Assembly: GCA_050298595.1 (NCBI GenBank)
Contig: JBNKUM010000115.1
Span: forward strand, 32,001 to 96,000
Direction of reading: 5' to 3'
Length of the DNA stretch: 64,000 bases
From: Gammaproteobacteria bacterium
GTDB taxonomy: Bacteria; Pseudomonadota; Gammaproteobacteria; GCA-001735895
The translations under genes and the position numbers were made by a program. Every line of letters starts with the position of its first letter. Position 1 is the first letter of the stretch. This document shows, one piece after another, positions 40,713-51,274 of the stretch. The notes under the pieces are model-generated. The model was not told the origin of the DNA. It ran no database searches and saw nothing but the letters and a program-made list of their open reading frames with translations.

Positions 40713-43298
40713 TTAAATCCATAATAAATAACCAGTCTCCAATGGATGAGTCAGCATTTTATGGAAAGGATACATCCTGATTTTATAATAGTTTAACCCC
40801 GGGCTGGAGGGCCGTAAATTCAGAGTGAAGATGTGATTAAAACCTTCTTTACCCTGGTATTTAAAATGATGCTTTTCCTTTACCGTCAAAAAGCCTTTGC
40901 CATTCCTTATTGATCCTACTACACACTCTACCTGGACATCTTCTGGAGATAAGCCATTTAGATAAGCACTAATTTTAATCAGTAGCTTCTCATCGGTATT
41001 GATGTGAAACATGGAATTATCAACACGTTCAAATTTTATATTATGCCAGTTGGCATGAATTTTATTTTTCCATTTTGCCAATTCAATGGCGCCTGCCGAA
41101 TTATTTTCCAGCAATAATTGTGACTGTCGTTTGGCTGGAGCATATAGTTTTTTCACATAATCCATCACCATGCGTGATGCATTAAAACGTGGAATAGAGG
41201 ATTTCATTGATCCCTTGGAAAGCTTTACCCAGTATTTTGAATAGCCCTGCTTACCGCGATTATAAAAAATAGGAATAACTTCATGTTCCAGAATATCTAG
41301 CAGGTCATTAGCCTCTTCTCGATCACGGGTTTCATCATCAAAATGAACCCCATGCGGTGAAACGGCCCAGCCATTCTTTCCATCATATCCTTCTCCCCAC
41401 CAACCATCCAGAATACTCAGGTTGAGCACACCATTAATCGCTGCTTTTTCACCAGAGGTACCACTGGCTTCCATTGGATACTGAGGTGTGTTAACCCATA
41501 CATCTACACCAGTAACCAGACTGCGTGCCATCGACATATTGTAGTCTTCAAGTAAAATTATTTTACCCTGAAATCTGGCCTGATGGGCATAGTTGTGGAT
41601 GGTTCGAATCAGCTCTTGAGCAGGCTGATCACTGGGATGAGCTTTGCCTGCAAATACTATCATCATTGGTTTTTCCGGATCATTTAACAGGCGTGCCAAT
41701 CGCTCTGGATCCTTAAATAACAATGTAGCCCTTTTATAGGTAGCAAATCTTCGTGCAAATCCAAGTATCAGAACATCGGCTTCGGGTTTATTAATGATCT
41801 GGGTAATACGCTTGATCAAAGCCTCATTGGCATTATTGCGTGTATAGCGCTTTAAGGTATATTTGTGCAGGTTCTCCAGCATCTGCGTTTTTAATTCCTG
41901 ACGCAGGCTCCAGAAGCGATGATCGGGAATGTCATCAATACATTTCCAGTATTTTTTATTTAACAGCTTGTTGCGCCATTCGCGAAAACGCATGTCAAAC
42001 AGGTTCACCCACTCACGCGCGAGAAACGTCGGCACATGCACACCATTGGTGACATAAGTGACTGGATTTTCATGCGGAGGGATCTGTTCCCAGATATAGG
42101 ATGCCATCTCTGAAGCGACACCACCATGAATTCTACTCACCCCATTATGAAAACGTGACCCGCGTAATGCCAATGAAGTCATGTTAAAGCTATGCGGTGT
42201 ATTCGGGGTTGAGCCAATTTTCATAAAATTTTTAAAATCTATACCCAGATTCCCCGCACAGGGTTCAAAAAATTCTTTCATCAAGCCTTCATCAAACATA
42301 TCGTGACCAGCTGAAACCGGAGTATGCGTTGTAAACACATTGCTAGCTGCAACCAGCTCCATCGCAGCACCAAATTGCATTCCAGCAGCCACCAGTTCTC
42401 TGCAACGTTCCAGTATCAGGAATGCCGCATGTCCTTCGTTTATATGCCAAACCGTGGGCTTAAGACCTAATTTGCGGATCAATCGAACACCACCTATGCC
42501 CAGCATAATTTCCTGTTGCAGGCGCATCACTCGATCTCCACCATATAGCTGGAAAGTGATTTCACGATCAGCCGCACTATTTTCTTCCAGGTTACTGTCC
42601 AGCAGATACATACGAGTATGACCCGCCTGTGTTTGCCAGGCCCTGAGTTTAACAATGCGTCCTGGAAACTGTATATCGATGATGATCTCTTTACCTTTAG
42701 CATCGAGCGCTTTTTCAATTGGTAATTCACTGAAACTGGTGACAGGATAGTTTGCTATCTGATTTCCATAGCCATCGATGTGTTGAGTAAAATAACCCTG
42801 CCTGTAAAGCAGACCGATGGCAACGAACGGAACACCTAGATCACTAACGGCTTTGCAATGATCTCCAGCCAGAATACCTAAACCGCCAGAGTAGATGGGG
42901 AAACTCTCATGTAAACCAAACTCTGCACAAAAATAGGCAATTAAATCATTCTCAGCATCCAGATAACCATCGATTTCATCATGTGTGATTTTTTGCAGAT
43001 AGCTGTTATAGGCCGAAATCACACGGTTATATTCTTCCATGAATACATTGTCTTTAGCAGCATCATCCAGCGTTTTCTGTGCGATACGGCGTAAAAACAC
43101 CTTTGGTTTGTGTTCACAACGGCCCCAAAGATCCAAATCAAGCCGGTAAAACAGGCCGCGCACATTGCGATCCCAGCTATACAGCAAGTTGTTCGCTAAC
43201 TCATTCAAGCCGGAAAGTTTCTCTGGAATGACAGGACGGACTTCGAGTTCAAAGAGTGTCGGATTCATAGTCTTTACAGGTTGCATGATTTGATACAA
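40713..43298 (-). CDS. glgP: Alpha-glucan (glycogen) phosphorylase
   Basis: YSGGLGILAGD, NEGH, FARRFATYKR, EASGTSGEK. The start may be the ATG at 43286 or 43268. Confidence 0.95.
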   Translation of the reverse strand: MYQIMQPVKTMNPTLFELEVRPVIPEKLSGLNELANNLLYSWDRNVRGLFYRLDLDLWGRCEHKPKVFLRRIAQKTLDDAAKDNVFMEEYNRVISAYNSYLQKITHDEIDGYLDAENDLIAYFCAEFGLHESFPIYSGGLGILAGDHCKAVSDLGVPFVAIGLLYRQGYFTQHIDGYGNQIANYPVTSFSELPIEKALDAKGKEIIIDIQFPGRIVKLRAWQTQAGHTRMYLLDSNLEENSAADREITFQLYGGDRVMRLQQEIMLGIGGVRLIRKLGLKPTVWHINEGHAAFLILERCRELVAAGMQFGAAMELVAASNVFTTHTPVSAGHDMFDEGLMKEFFEPCAGNLGIDFKNFMKIGSTPNTPHSFNMTSLALRGSRFHNGVSRIHGGVASEMASYIWEQIPPHENPVTYVTNGVHVPTFLAREWVNLFDMRFREWRNKLLNKKYWKCIDDIPDHRFWSLRQELKTQMLENLHKYTLKRYTRNNANEALIKRITQIINKPEADVLILGFARRFATYKRATLLFKDPERLARLLNDPEKPMMIVFAGKAHPSDQPAQELIRTIHNYAHQARFQGKIILLEDYNMSMARSLVTGVDVWVNTPQYPMEASGTSGEKAAINGVLNLSILDGWWGEGYDGKNGWAVSPHGVHFDDETRDREEANDLLDILEHEVIPIFYNRGKQGYSKYWVKLSKGSMKSSIPRFNASRMVMDYVKKLYAPAKRQSQLLLENNSAGAIELAKWKNKIHANWHNIKFERVDNSMFHINTDEKLLIKISAYLNGLSPEDVQVECVVGSIRNGKGFLTVKEKHHFKYQGKEGFNHIFTLNLRPSSPGLNYYKIRMYPFHKMLTHPLETGYLLWI

Positions 43299-43397
43299 TT
43301 TAAATCATAGCACCATGAACGGATGTCGACCATGTTTTAGCTCAATTGAGGCTGCTTGCGTTAAAGCGCTGATTAAATCAGGTTGCGTTTTTTATTA

Positions 43398-43410
43398 AAT
43401 CAATGGCTTA
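43398..43410 (+). promoter_or_regulatory. IHF consensus site
   Basis: AATCAATGGCTTA matches WATCAANNNNTTR, upstream of glgP. Confidence 0.4.
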
Positions 43411-43631
43411 CAGCTGATCATTTAATTTCCAGAATATGCCAGTATACAGAGTACGGTTTGGGACCAGGAGTAGTCTTTAAGATGATGGAAAAAGAAAAGA
43501 TGCGTCTACTTTCATTTGCAGGGGTTGTCAGCGATTTCAGTATTTATGAAGAAAGGACAGCTCTGTTACTTTTATGCAGACATAATACTGGAACCATAAA
43601 ATTTACCAGACTGTAGGGCATGCTTAACCTT

Positions 43632-43653
43632 TCGGGTTCATCCTTGAACCCGA
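43632..43653 (-). other. Perfect hairpin with AGGA loop just after ftsZ
   Basis: Minus strand TCGGGTTCA-AGGA-TGAACCCGA; no U-tract. Confidence 0.6.
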
Positions 43654-43678
43654 CGAGGTGTAAGAGAAGTTCAGGCTA

Positions 43679-44842
43679 TTAGTCAGCCTGGCGACGCAGA
43701 AATGCCGGAATTTCCAGATATTCCATACTTTGTTTATCCATTGACATTTCAACAGTATCGCCCATGACTTTCTTGCTGGTACGCATTATAGTAGGTTGAT
43801 CCAGTTTAGCGTAATCGATCTCACCAGTACGCTCCCGTTTTATGCTGGCAACTTCAGCAGGAACTGGTTGAACCTCTTCCTTCTTCTTACCTAGCCCTGT
43901 GGCAACTAGAGTTACGCGCAATTCACCATTAGTCATTTCCGAGTCAATTACGGTACCAACTACTACCGTAGCATCATCCGAAGCCATAGAGGTAATGGTA
44001 TTACCCACATCGTCCAGTTCACCAATCGATAGATCCAGACCCGCTGTGATATTTACCAGTATACCCTGAGCACCAGCGATATTGATATCTTCCAGCAATG
44101 GAGATGCAACCGCCTTTTCGGCCGCTTCTTTGGCACGATTATCTCCGGTTGCTGTACCAGAACCCATCATCGCCATACCCATTTCTGACATAACCGTACG
44201 TACGTCAGCAAAGTCGACATTGATCAGACCTGGGCAGGTGATCAGTTCTGCAATACCCTGTACAGCGCCACGCAGTACGTCATTGGCCGTCTTAAATACT
44301 TCCAACACTGAGGTCTGTTTACCCAGTACTGGTAGTAACTTCTCATTGGGAATAGTAATCAGTGAATCCACCATACCGGCTAATTCCTTGATACCCTGAT
44401 CCGCCAGCATCATGCGCTTGGCACGCTCAAAGCCAAACGGCTTTGTGACAACAGCTACGGTCAAGATTCCCAATTCTTTAGCGATTTGTGCAATGACTGG
44501 CGCCGCACCGGTACCAGTACCACCACCCATACCCGCAGTGATAAATAACATATCAGTACCAGCAACTGCTTCCTGAATTCTTTCCCGATCTTCCATCGCG
44601 GCCTGACGACCAATACCCGGGTCAGCGCCCGCTCCCAGACCTTTGGTAATGCTGCTACCGATCTGAATTGTGGTTTTAGCATTCATATTTTTCAGCGCCT
44701 GAATATCGGTGTTGACGCACATAAACTCTACGCCTTCGATACCCGACTCCACCATATGCTGGACGGCATTACCGCCACCGCCGCCTACACCCATTACTTT
44801 AATTGTCGCACTTTGTGAAAATGCATCCATTAGTTCAAACAT
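43679..44842 (-). CDS. ftsZ: Cell division protein FtsZ
   Basis: GVGGGGGNAV, GGGTGTG, INVDFADV, IPAFLRRQAD. Confidence 0.99.
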   Translation of the reverse strand: MFELMDAFSQSATIKVMGVGGGGGNAVQHMVESGIEGVEFMCVNTDIQALKNMNAKTTIQIGSSITKGLGAGADPGIGRQAAMEDRERIQEAVAGTDMLFITAGMGGGTGTGAAPVIAQIAKELGILTVAVVTKPFGFERAKRMMLADQGIKELAGMVDSLITIPNEKLLPVLGKQTSVLEVFKTANDVLRGAVQGIAELITCPGLINVDFADVRTVMSEMGMAMMGSGTATGDNRAKEAAEKAVASPLLEDINIAGAQGILVNITAGLDLSIGELDDVGNTITSMASDDATVVVGTVIDSEMTNGELRVTLVATGLGKKKEEVQPVPAEVASIKRERTGEIDYAKLDQPTIMRTSKKVMGDTVEMSMDKQSMEYLEIPAFLRRQAD

Positions 44843-44873
44843 GATATGTCCCCTCTTACTTTTAAGTTGATGA

Positions 44874-46109
44874 CTAAAAATTACCCTGGAACCAGCTTTT
44901 CATTCTCATCCATAAGCTGTCCCCAGTGTTTTCTTCCAGTTCACGACTGGAAAAACTGCTACGCTGCTTGTTACCAAACAGCAATAAGCCTACCCCAGTT
45001 GCATGGATAGGATTACGAATCACATCGACCAGGCCCTTCACGTGTTGTGGCACGCCCAGTCTTACCGGCATATGGAATATCTCTTCGGCGAGTTCCACCA
45101 CGCCATCCATCTTGGAACTACCGCCGGTGAGCACGACACCTGCGGCACAGATTTCTTCAAAACCTGAACGTCTGAGCTCTGCATGCACCAGATTCAGTAA
45201 CTCTTCATAACGCGGCTCGACCACTTCAGCCAGGGTCTGGCGTGACAGTCGGCGTGGTTCGCGATCTCCCACACTCGGTACTTCAATGGTTTCGTCTTCT
45301 TTCGCCAATTGACGCAGTGCGCAGGCATATTTAATTTTCAGATCGTTGGCATACTGGGTGGGTGTACGCAATGCGACTGCGATATCATTGGTGACCTGAT
45401 CTCCAGCTATAGGGATTACAGCGGTATGTCTGATAGCCCCTTCAGTAAAGATCGCAATGTCAGTAGTACCGCCACCAATGTCCACCAGACAAACCCCCAG
45501 TTCTTTTTCATCTTCTGTCAGAACTGCAGCGCTGGACGCCAGTTGCTCCAGAATGATGTCGTCCACATCAAGTCCGCAACGACGCACACACTTGATAATA
45601 TTCTGAGCTGCACTCACCGATCCAGTAACCAGATGTACGCGCGATTCCAGGCGTACACCAGACATACTAATGGGATCGCGTATGCCTTCCTGGTTATCTA
45701 TCAGAAATTCCTGTGGTAATACATGCAAGATGCGTTGGTCAGCAGGTATCGCTACCGCTTTGGCCGCATCGATTACTCGTGCCACATCAGCAGGCGTAAC
45801 TTCTTTATCTTTAATCGCCACAATGCCATGCGAGTTAATACTTCTTACATGACTGCCAGCTATGCCGGCGTATACCGAACGAATCTGACAACCTGCCATC
45901 AATTCAGCTTCTTCTACCGCACGTTGAATTGACTGTACAGTAGATTCGATATTAACTACGACACCTTTTTTAAGTCCGCGTGATGGTTGAGTACCGATAC
46001 CGATAATCTCGATATCGCCTTCTACGGTAACCTCGCCTACGATTGCCACAATCTTTGATGTGCCTATATCCAGCCCGACAATCAAATTGTTTTCACCTTT
46101 TTTAGACAT
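44874..46109 (-). CDS. ftsA: Cell division protein FtsA
   Basis: GLDIGTSK, DIGGGTTD, C-terminal amphipathic helix ending WFQGNF. Confidence 0.98.
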   Translation of the reverse strand: MSKKGENNLIVGLDIGTSKIVAIVGEVTVEGDIEIIGIGTQPSRGLKKGVVVNIESTVQSIQRAVEEAELMAGCQIRSVYAGIAGSHVRSINSHGIVAIKDKEVTPADVARVIDAAKAVAIPADQRILHVLPQEFLIDNQEGIRDPISMSGVRLESRVHLVTGSVSAAQNIIKCVRRCGLDVDDIILEQLASSAAVLTEDEKELGVCLVDIGGGTTDIAIFTEGAIRHTAVIPIAGDQVTNDIAVALRTPTQYANDLKIKYACALRQLAKEDETIEVPSVGDREPRRLSRQTLAEVVEPRYEELLNLVHAELRRSGFEEICAAGVVLTGGSSKMDGVVELAEEIFHMPVRLGVPQHVKGLVDVIRNPIHATGVGLLLFGNKQRSSFSSRELEENTGDSLWMRMKSWFQGNF

Positions 46110-46929
46110 TCTTGTTGCCCCGTTTCATGTCACTTATCTGTTGCTGGTCTTCTTTCTTCCAGGCAATGGCAAAGCCGTTGCTATAGCGGAAATCGATATA
46201 CTTAATAAATTCTTTCTTTGGTTTAATCTGCATGGGATATACCGCCAGCATTTTATAGATTTTCTGTTCAGTTTCATCGGTACCCAGATTAACCTTGAGG
46301 TACTCATCCAGTAACAAACTGAGAGCGCCCTTACTATCTTCACTTAATGCAGAAAGCTGGATACCATTTTCAGCAAACTTTTGTTTCAATTCCAAATACC
46401 TCTGTAACAGTTCAGCACTTTGACCGACATAACCGTTTATCAGTGGCAAATTCATAAAAGCCTTACTATCCGCTTCAAACACCCTGGCTTTGGTACTTAA
46501 TAAATGGGATTCATCCCAGCGCGCAAAGGCCTGATTTTCGATTACAGATACTACGATCTTACTGGGCCATACCCTTCGCACCGAGACCTCGTCTATCCAG
46601 GATTGCTGACTTACCTGGTCCTGAATTTTCTGTATATCTACCGAGAAAAAGCCCGCACCCAGATAAGGCTTTAACTGCTGCTGTAACTTATCAGTATCCA
46701 CTTGTCTGAACTCACCGGTAATTCTGATCTTTTCGATCGGCAACCATTGCTCACGTGGCACTAAAGCTACTGCCAGACCAAGCGCGATAAAAACCAGCGC
46801 CATTACTACGTAACGTTTCCTGATGCGCAGCTGAAACTGTTCTTTCTTCTGCTTTCTACTTGCCTGAGCTCGTGACTTAGGCCTGCCCTCTTCTTTGGCA
46901 CTTTTTCTAAAAGGAATCAACTTAAGCAT
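46102..46929 (-). CDS. ftsQ: Cell division protein FtsQ
   Basis: TM helix and POTRA, VRRVWP, IDFRYSNGFA. Confidence 0.92.
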   Translation of the reverse strand: MLKLIPFRKSAKEEGRPKSRAQASRKQKKEQFQLRIRKRYVVMALVFIALGLAVALVPREQWLPIEKIRITGEFRQVDTDKLQQQLKPYLGAGFFSVDIQKIQDQVSQQSWIDEVSVRRVWPSKIVVSVIENQAFARWDESHLLSTKARVFEADSKAFMNLPLINGYVGQSAELLQRYLELKQKFAENGIQLSALSEDSKGALSLLLDEYLKVNLGTDETEQKIYKMLAVYPMQIKPKKEFIKYIDFRYSNGFAIAWKKEDQQQISDMKRGNKNV

Positions 46930-47884
46930 TTGATATCTCTTCGTCCAGGGTATATTCAACCAGCTTCAATACCAGCTGTGAAAAACTCAACCCCGCCTCT
47001 TTAGCAGCCATAGGCACCAGACTGTGATCGGTCATACCAGGGACGGTATTCACTTCAATCACCTGAAACACACCCTGCTGATCACGCATTAAATCGATAC
47101 GCCCCCAGTGGCGTAAGCCACATATTTCAGCAGTTCGCGCAACTAGTTGATTCAATTGCTGCAGTTCATCTTCAGCTAAACCACAGGGACAGATATACCT
47201 TGTATCGCTGGCAATATATTTAGCATCGTAATCATAAAAGACATGTGGTGTCTCCAGCCTGATGGCGGGCAACACGGTTGCGCCCATCCAGGCTACGGTA
47301 TATTCACTACCTGCTATCCACTGCTCGGCCAGCACCGGACCAAATTTAGCTGCTAGCAGGTATGCATCTTCAAGCAGAGCAGCATCAGTTACCTTGGTCA
47401 TACCGATACTGGAACCTTCCAGCGAGGGTTTAATGATCATCGGTAATCCGATGAGATCTAAAGCCTGTTTACAATCCTGTAAAGAATTCAACTCACAGAA
47501 TAACGGTGTTTGTAGGCCGCAACCCTGTAACAGACGTTTGGTCATTAACTTATCCATAGTCACCGCTGAGGCACGAATACTGCTGCCAACATAAGGTATT
47601 TGCAGAGATTCCAGTATGCCCTGTACCTGACCATCTTCTCCTACCCGACCATGTAGAATATTAAATACGCGGTCGGCCTTAAGCTCACTCAACTGCTGGC
47701 AGATATTGTGTTGAATATCTACACCAAAAGCATCAACACCAGCATCCAGTAAGCCCTGTAACACAAAACTGCCTGACTTCAGAGAAACTTCACGTTCTGC
47801 AGCAGTGCCACCCATCAACACCGCGACTCTGCCACATTTAGCAGCAGTATCCTGTGCTGGTTGTAAGTGTGCAAAACTCATCAA
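46922..47884 (-). CDS. ddl: D-alanine--D-alanine ligase
   Basis: GGTAAEREVSL, LHGR.GEDG, EGSSIG, YDYDAKY, EVNTVPG. Confidence 0.97.
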   Translation of the reverse strand: MMSFAHLQPAQDTAAKCGRVAVLMGGTAAEREVSLKSGSFVLQGLLDAGVDAFGVDIQHNICQQLSELKADRVFNILHGRVGEDGQVQGILESLQIPYVGSSIRASAVTMDKLMTKRLLQGCGLQTPLFCELNSLQDCKQALDLIGLPMIIKPSLEGSSIGMTKVTDAALLEDAYLLAAKFGPVLAEQWIAGSEYTVAWMGATVLPAIRLETPHVFYDYDAKYIASDTRYICPCGLAEDELQQLNQLVARTAEICGLRHWGRIDLMRDQQGVFQVIEVNTVPGMTDHSLVPMAAKEAGLSFSQLVLKLVEYTLDEEISNA

Positions 47885-48774
47885 CGTTCTCCAATAATTC
47901 TAACTTCGTGCTGAAGTTCTACAGAAAATTTTTGCTTCACTTCGCTACGAACCTTTTCAATCAGGTCTTCAATATCATTAGCTCTGGCACTACCGGTATT
48001 GATAATAAAGTTTGCATGTTTTTCCGATACACAGGCTTCGCCGATGCAGCTTCCTTTTAAGCCACAGGCTTCTATCAGGCGTGCAGCATAATCACCTTCG
48101 GGGTTCTTAAACACCGAACCACAGGAAGGCAAGCCGACTGGCTGACTGTTATTACGCTGTTCCAGTAACTCACGAATGCGCGATTGCTGCTCAACATCAC
48201 GAGCAGGGAAACTAAATACTGCGGCACTAAACCATTCGTTAGCTGCACGATTGACGCTACGGTAGGACACATCGAATTCATGCTTTTGACGTTCAATCAA
48301 TTCACCCTGTAGATTCATCATTTCCAGCGACTCAACAAACTGCCAGGTTTCATAGCCGAAGGCACCCGCATTCATCGCCAGCGCACCACCCATAGTACCG
48401 GGTATGCCAGCCAGAAAATCTGCGCCAGATAAATCATGCTGCTGACAAAAGCGTGCAAATTTTGCACAGGTGACACCAGCTTCGGCGTAAACACTGCCAT
48501 CACTTAGCTGACGTAGATCATTTAACTTTTGTAAAACCACTATCGCCACACCACGCAGGCCGCCATCGCGCACCAGCAAATTACTGCCCAGTCCCACCCA
48601 GGTGACTGGCTGTTGTGCATCTACAGTTTGCAAGAACACAGACAGGTCATCCTTATCAGCTGGTTCGTAGTAAATATCTGCCGCACCACCTGCACGCCAG
48701 CTACAATGACGCGCCATCGACTCATTGTGTAAAAGTCGTCCACGGATATTATGTGACATTGCCTGTGCCATCAA
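47881..48774 (-). CDS. murB: UDP-N-acetylenolpyruvoylglucosamine reductase
   Basis: GLGSNLLV, GIPGT.GG..MNAGA, GSVFKNP, HANF. Confidence 0.97.
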   Translation of the reverse strand: MMAQAMSHNIRGRLLHNESMARHCSWRAGGAADIYYEPADKDDLSVFLQTVDAQQPVTWVGLGSNLLVRDGGLRGVAIVVLQKLNDLRQLSDGSVYAEAGVTCAKFARFCQQHDLSGADFLAGIPGTMGGALAMNAGAFGYETWQFVESLEMMNLQGELIERQKHEFDVSYRSVNRAANEWFSAAVFSFPARDVEQQSRIRELLEQRNNSQPVGLPSCGSVFKNPEGDYAARLIEACGLKGSCIGEACVSEKHANFIINTGSARANDIEDLIEKVRSEVKQKFSVELQHEVRIIGER

Positions 48775-50189
48775 ACAGCCGCCTCCTGATGAGTGGCAAT
48801 AAATTCAATGGCAAAAGCACCGATACTACCGGCACCCAGAGTCACCACAATGTCATTGTCTTCAATAACATCAGGTAACACGCTGCCCAACTCAGCTATG
48901 TCTTCTACAAAAACAGGGTCAATGCGACCTCGACTGCGTATCGCACGGCTTAAGGCTCGTCCATCGGCATCTTTAATATACTTTTCTCCAGCAGCATAAA
49001 CCTCTAACAACACCAGTTGATCTACTTCTGATAACACCTGTGCGAAGTCTTCGAACAAATCGCGTGTACGGGTATATCGATGCGGTTGAAACACGACCAT
49101 TAATCTTTGCTCGGGCCACGCTAAACGTATCGCCTGTATGGTGGCTCGTATTTCATTCGGATGATGGCCGTAATCATCTATATGGCGAATAGTTTTACCA
49201 TCCACTCGCAGGTTTTCTGTGATCTGGAATCGACGTCCAATTCCAGCAAAACTAGTCAGGGCAGTTTGCATTTGCTCTCCGCTGACACCTAATTCCCAAC
49301 CTATGCAAAGTGCCGCCGTTGAATTCAGCACATTATGTAGACCTGCCAGATTGAGTTTGATGCTGACCTGTTTTTGATCCGGGAAAGTGACTTTAAAATA
49401 AGTTTTTGATCCTTCTGCCCTGACGTCAGTGATGCGCACATCAGCATCTGCTGACACCCCATAGCTCAGTACAGGGCGAGAAACCTGTGGCAGAATTTCA
49501 CGTACCACATCATCATCGATACACACTACTGCTAAACCATAAAAAGGTAGATGGTGTAGAAACTCAACAAAGGTCTGTTTAAGACGCTCAAAATCACCTT
49601 CATAGGTCGACAGGTGATCCTGATCTATGTTGGTCACGATCGCCATCACTGGTTGCAGATACAAAAAAGAGGCATCGCTTTCATCAGCTTCTGCTACCAG
49701 GTATTCGCTGGCACCCAGTTCCGCATGGCGCCCTGAACTGTTCAATTTGCCACCTATCACATAGGTAGGATCCAGGCCACCTTCAACCAGCACTGAAGTC
49801 AGTAACGAGGTAGTGGTGGTTTTTCCATGCGTGCCTGCAACCGCAATACCCTGACGAAAACGCATCAACTCAGCCAGCATTTCTGCACGTCTTACAATGG
49901 GGATGCGCTGTTCCTTGGCAGTCAGAATCTCAGGATTGGAATCATCAATTGCTGTGGAAACAACAACTACGTGCGTGTCTGAGATATTCTCTGCGCGATG
50001 ACCAAGCTCAACATGTATACCAATACTACGTAAATGCCTTACTACAGCGCTTTCATTGATGTCGGAACCGCTGATCTTATAACCCAGATTGTGGAATACC
50101 TCGGCGATGCCACTCATACCTGCGCCACCTATACCCACAAAATGTATCTTACGGATCCTTCGCATAAAATTTCTATTCGACTGCGTCAT
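48771..50189 (-). CDS. murC: UDP-N-acetylmuramate--L-alanine ligase
   Basis: GIGGAGMSG, GTHGKTTT, EADESD, DDYGHHP, FQPHRY. Confidence 0.98.
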   Translation of the reverse strand: MTQSNRNFMRRIRKIHFVGIGGAGMSGIAEVFHNLGYKISGSDINESAVVRHLRSIGIHVELGHRAENISDTHVVVVSTAIDDSNPEILTAKEQRIPIVRRAEMLAELMRFRQGIAVAGTHGKTTTTSLLTSVLVEGGLDPTYVIGGKLNSSGRHAELGASEYLVAEADESDASFLYLQPVMAIVTNIDQDHLSTYEGDFERLKQTFVEFLHHLPFYGLAVVCIDDDVVREILPQVSRPVLSYGVSADADVRITDVRAEGSKTYFKVTFPDQKQVSIKLNLAGLHNVLNSTAALCIGWELGVSGEQMQTALTSFAGIGRRFQITENLRVDGKTIRHIDDYGHHPNEIRATIQAIRLAWPEQRLMVVFQPHRYTRTRDLFEDFAQVLSEVDQLVLLEVYAAGEKYIKDADGRALSRAIRSRGRIDPVFVEDIAELGSVLPDVIEDNDIVVTLGAGSIGAFAIEFIATHQEAAV

Positions 50190-51274
50190 ACCAGTGCCTC
50201 TTTTAATACGCCCTGTGCTACCAGCTTAGCGGCCTCTGTATAGGCAACCGCGCGGGCATTCATCGACATTGTTAATACCTGATCTCGCTCCGCAGAAAAT
50301 CGATTTATAATTTCAACCAGTTTTTCAGGCGTTAACTCATGATCGCGAATCAATAGCGCCGCATCAGCTGCCTCAAGAAAACCTGCATTCATATATTGAT
50401 GATCATCCACTGCATAAGGATAAGGTACCAGTATGGATGCCATACCTGCAGCAGCCAGCTCAGAGACAGTTAAGGCACCTGAGCGACACAAAACCAGATC
50501 GGCCCATTCATAAGCACTTTTCATATCCTTTACAAAAGGAATAACCTCAGCTTCAACTTCACATTGCTGATACAGGCCCTGAAGGACGTCTAAATGTCTC
50601 TCGCCGCTTTGATGCTTAATCTCCGGACGCTGCTGTGGTGCAATTTTTTGTATAGCCACAGGCACAACTTCATTCAGTGTTTTCGCACCCAAACTTCCTC
50701 CGATTATTAACAACCTTAGAGGAGCCTGCTCGCGCCCAGCCAGGCGGATCTGCGGAGCTGCTATTGCAAGAATATCTGCCCTTACTGGATTACCGACTAC
50801 TTCGCTATTAGCAATTCCTGCAGCTGCCTGAGGAAAGGCAAAATAACTGATACGCGACAAGCCTCTGAGTAATTTATTGGTCAGCCCAATCACCGCATTT
50901 TGCTCGTGAATAATCAGTGGGATTCTTAAAACCCAGGCCATCAGTCCACCTGGCCCCGAAGCAAAACCACCCATACCCAGTACAGCGCGTGGACGATTTC
51001 TACGTAGAATATTCATCGCCTGCCAGCAGGCCTGAATAAGTTTCCATGGTGCCAGAGCAATAGTAAGTACTCCCTTACCACGTAGCCCCTGAACATCCAG
51101 CCATTCAACAGGGAAACCAGCCTCTGGAACCAGCCTTGCTTCTATACCACTGCGGGTTCCCATCCAAACGATAGTTTCACCTTGCTGGCGTAGAAATTCC
51201 GCAACCGCAAGTGCAGGAAAAACATGGCCACCGGTACCACCCGCCATTACGATAATTGGACGTTTAGCAGTCAT
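50186..51274 (-). CDS. murG: Lipid II GlcNAc transferase
   Basis: GGTGGHVFP, HEQN, GNPVR, GGSLGA. Confidence 0.98.
   Translation of the reverse strand: MTAKRPIIVMAGGTGGHVFPALAVAEFLRQQGETIVWMGTRSGIEARLVPEAGFPVEWLDVQGLRGKGVLTIALAPWKLIQACWQAMNILRRNRPRAVLGMGGFASGPGGLMAWVLRIPLIIHEQNAVIGLTNKLLRGLSRISYFAFPQAAAGIANSEVVGNPVRADILAIAAPQIRLAGREQAPLRLLIIGGSLGAKTLNEVVPVAIQKIAPQQRPEIKHQSGERHLDVLQGLYQQCEVEAEVIPFVKDMKSAYEWADLVLCRSGALTVSELAAAGMASILVPYPYAVDDHQYMNAGFLEAADAALLIRDHELTPEKLVEIINRFSAERDQVLTMSMNARAVAYTEAAKLVAQGVLKEALV

Noticed and set aside
47881-48774. murB inside the dcw cluster as a novelty
   Set aside because: The murC-murB-ddl order is known in many proteobacterial lineages.
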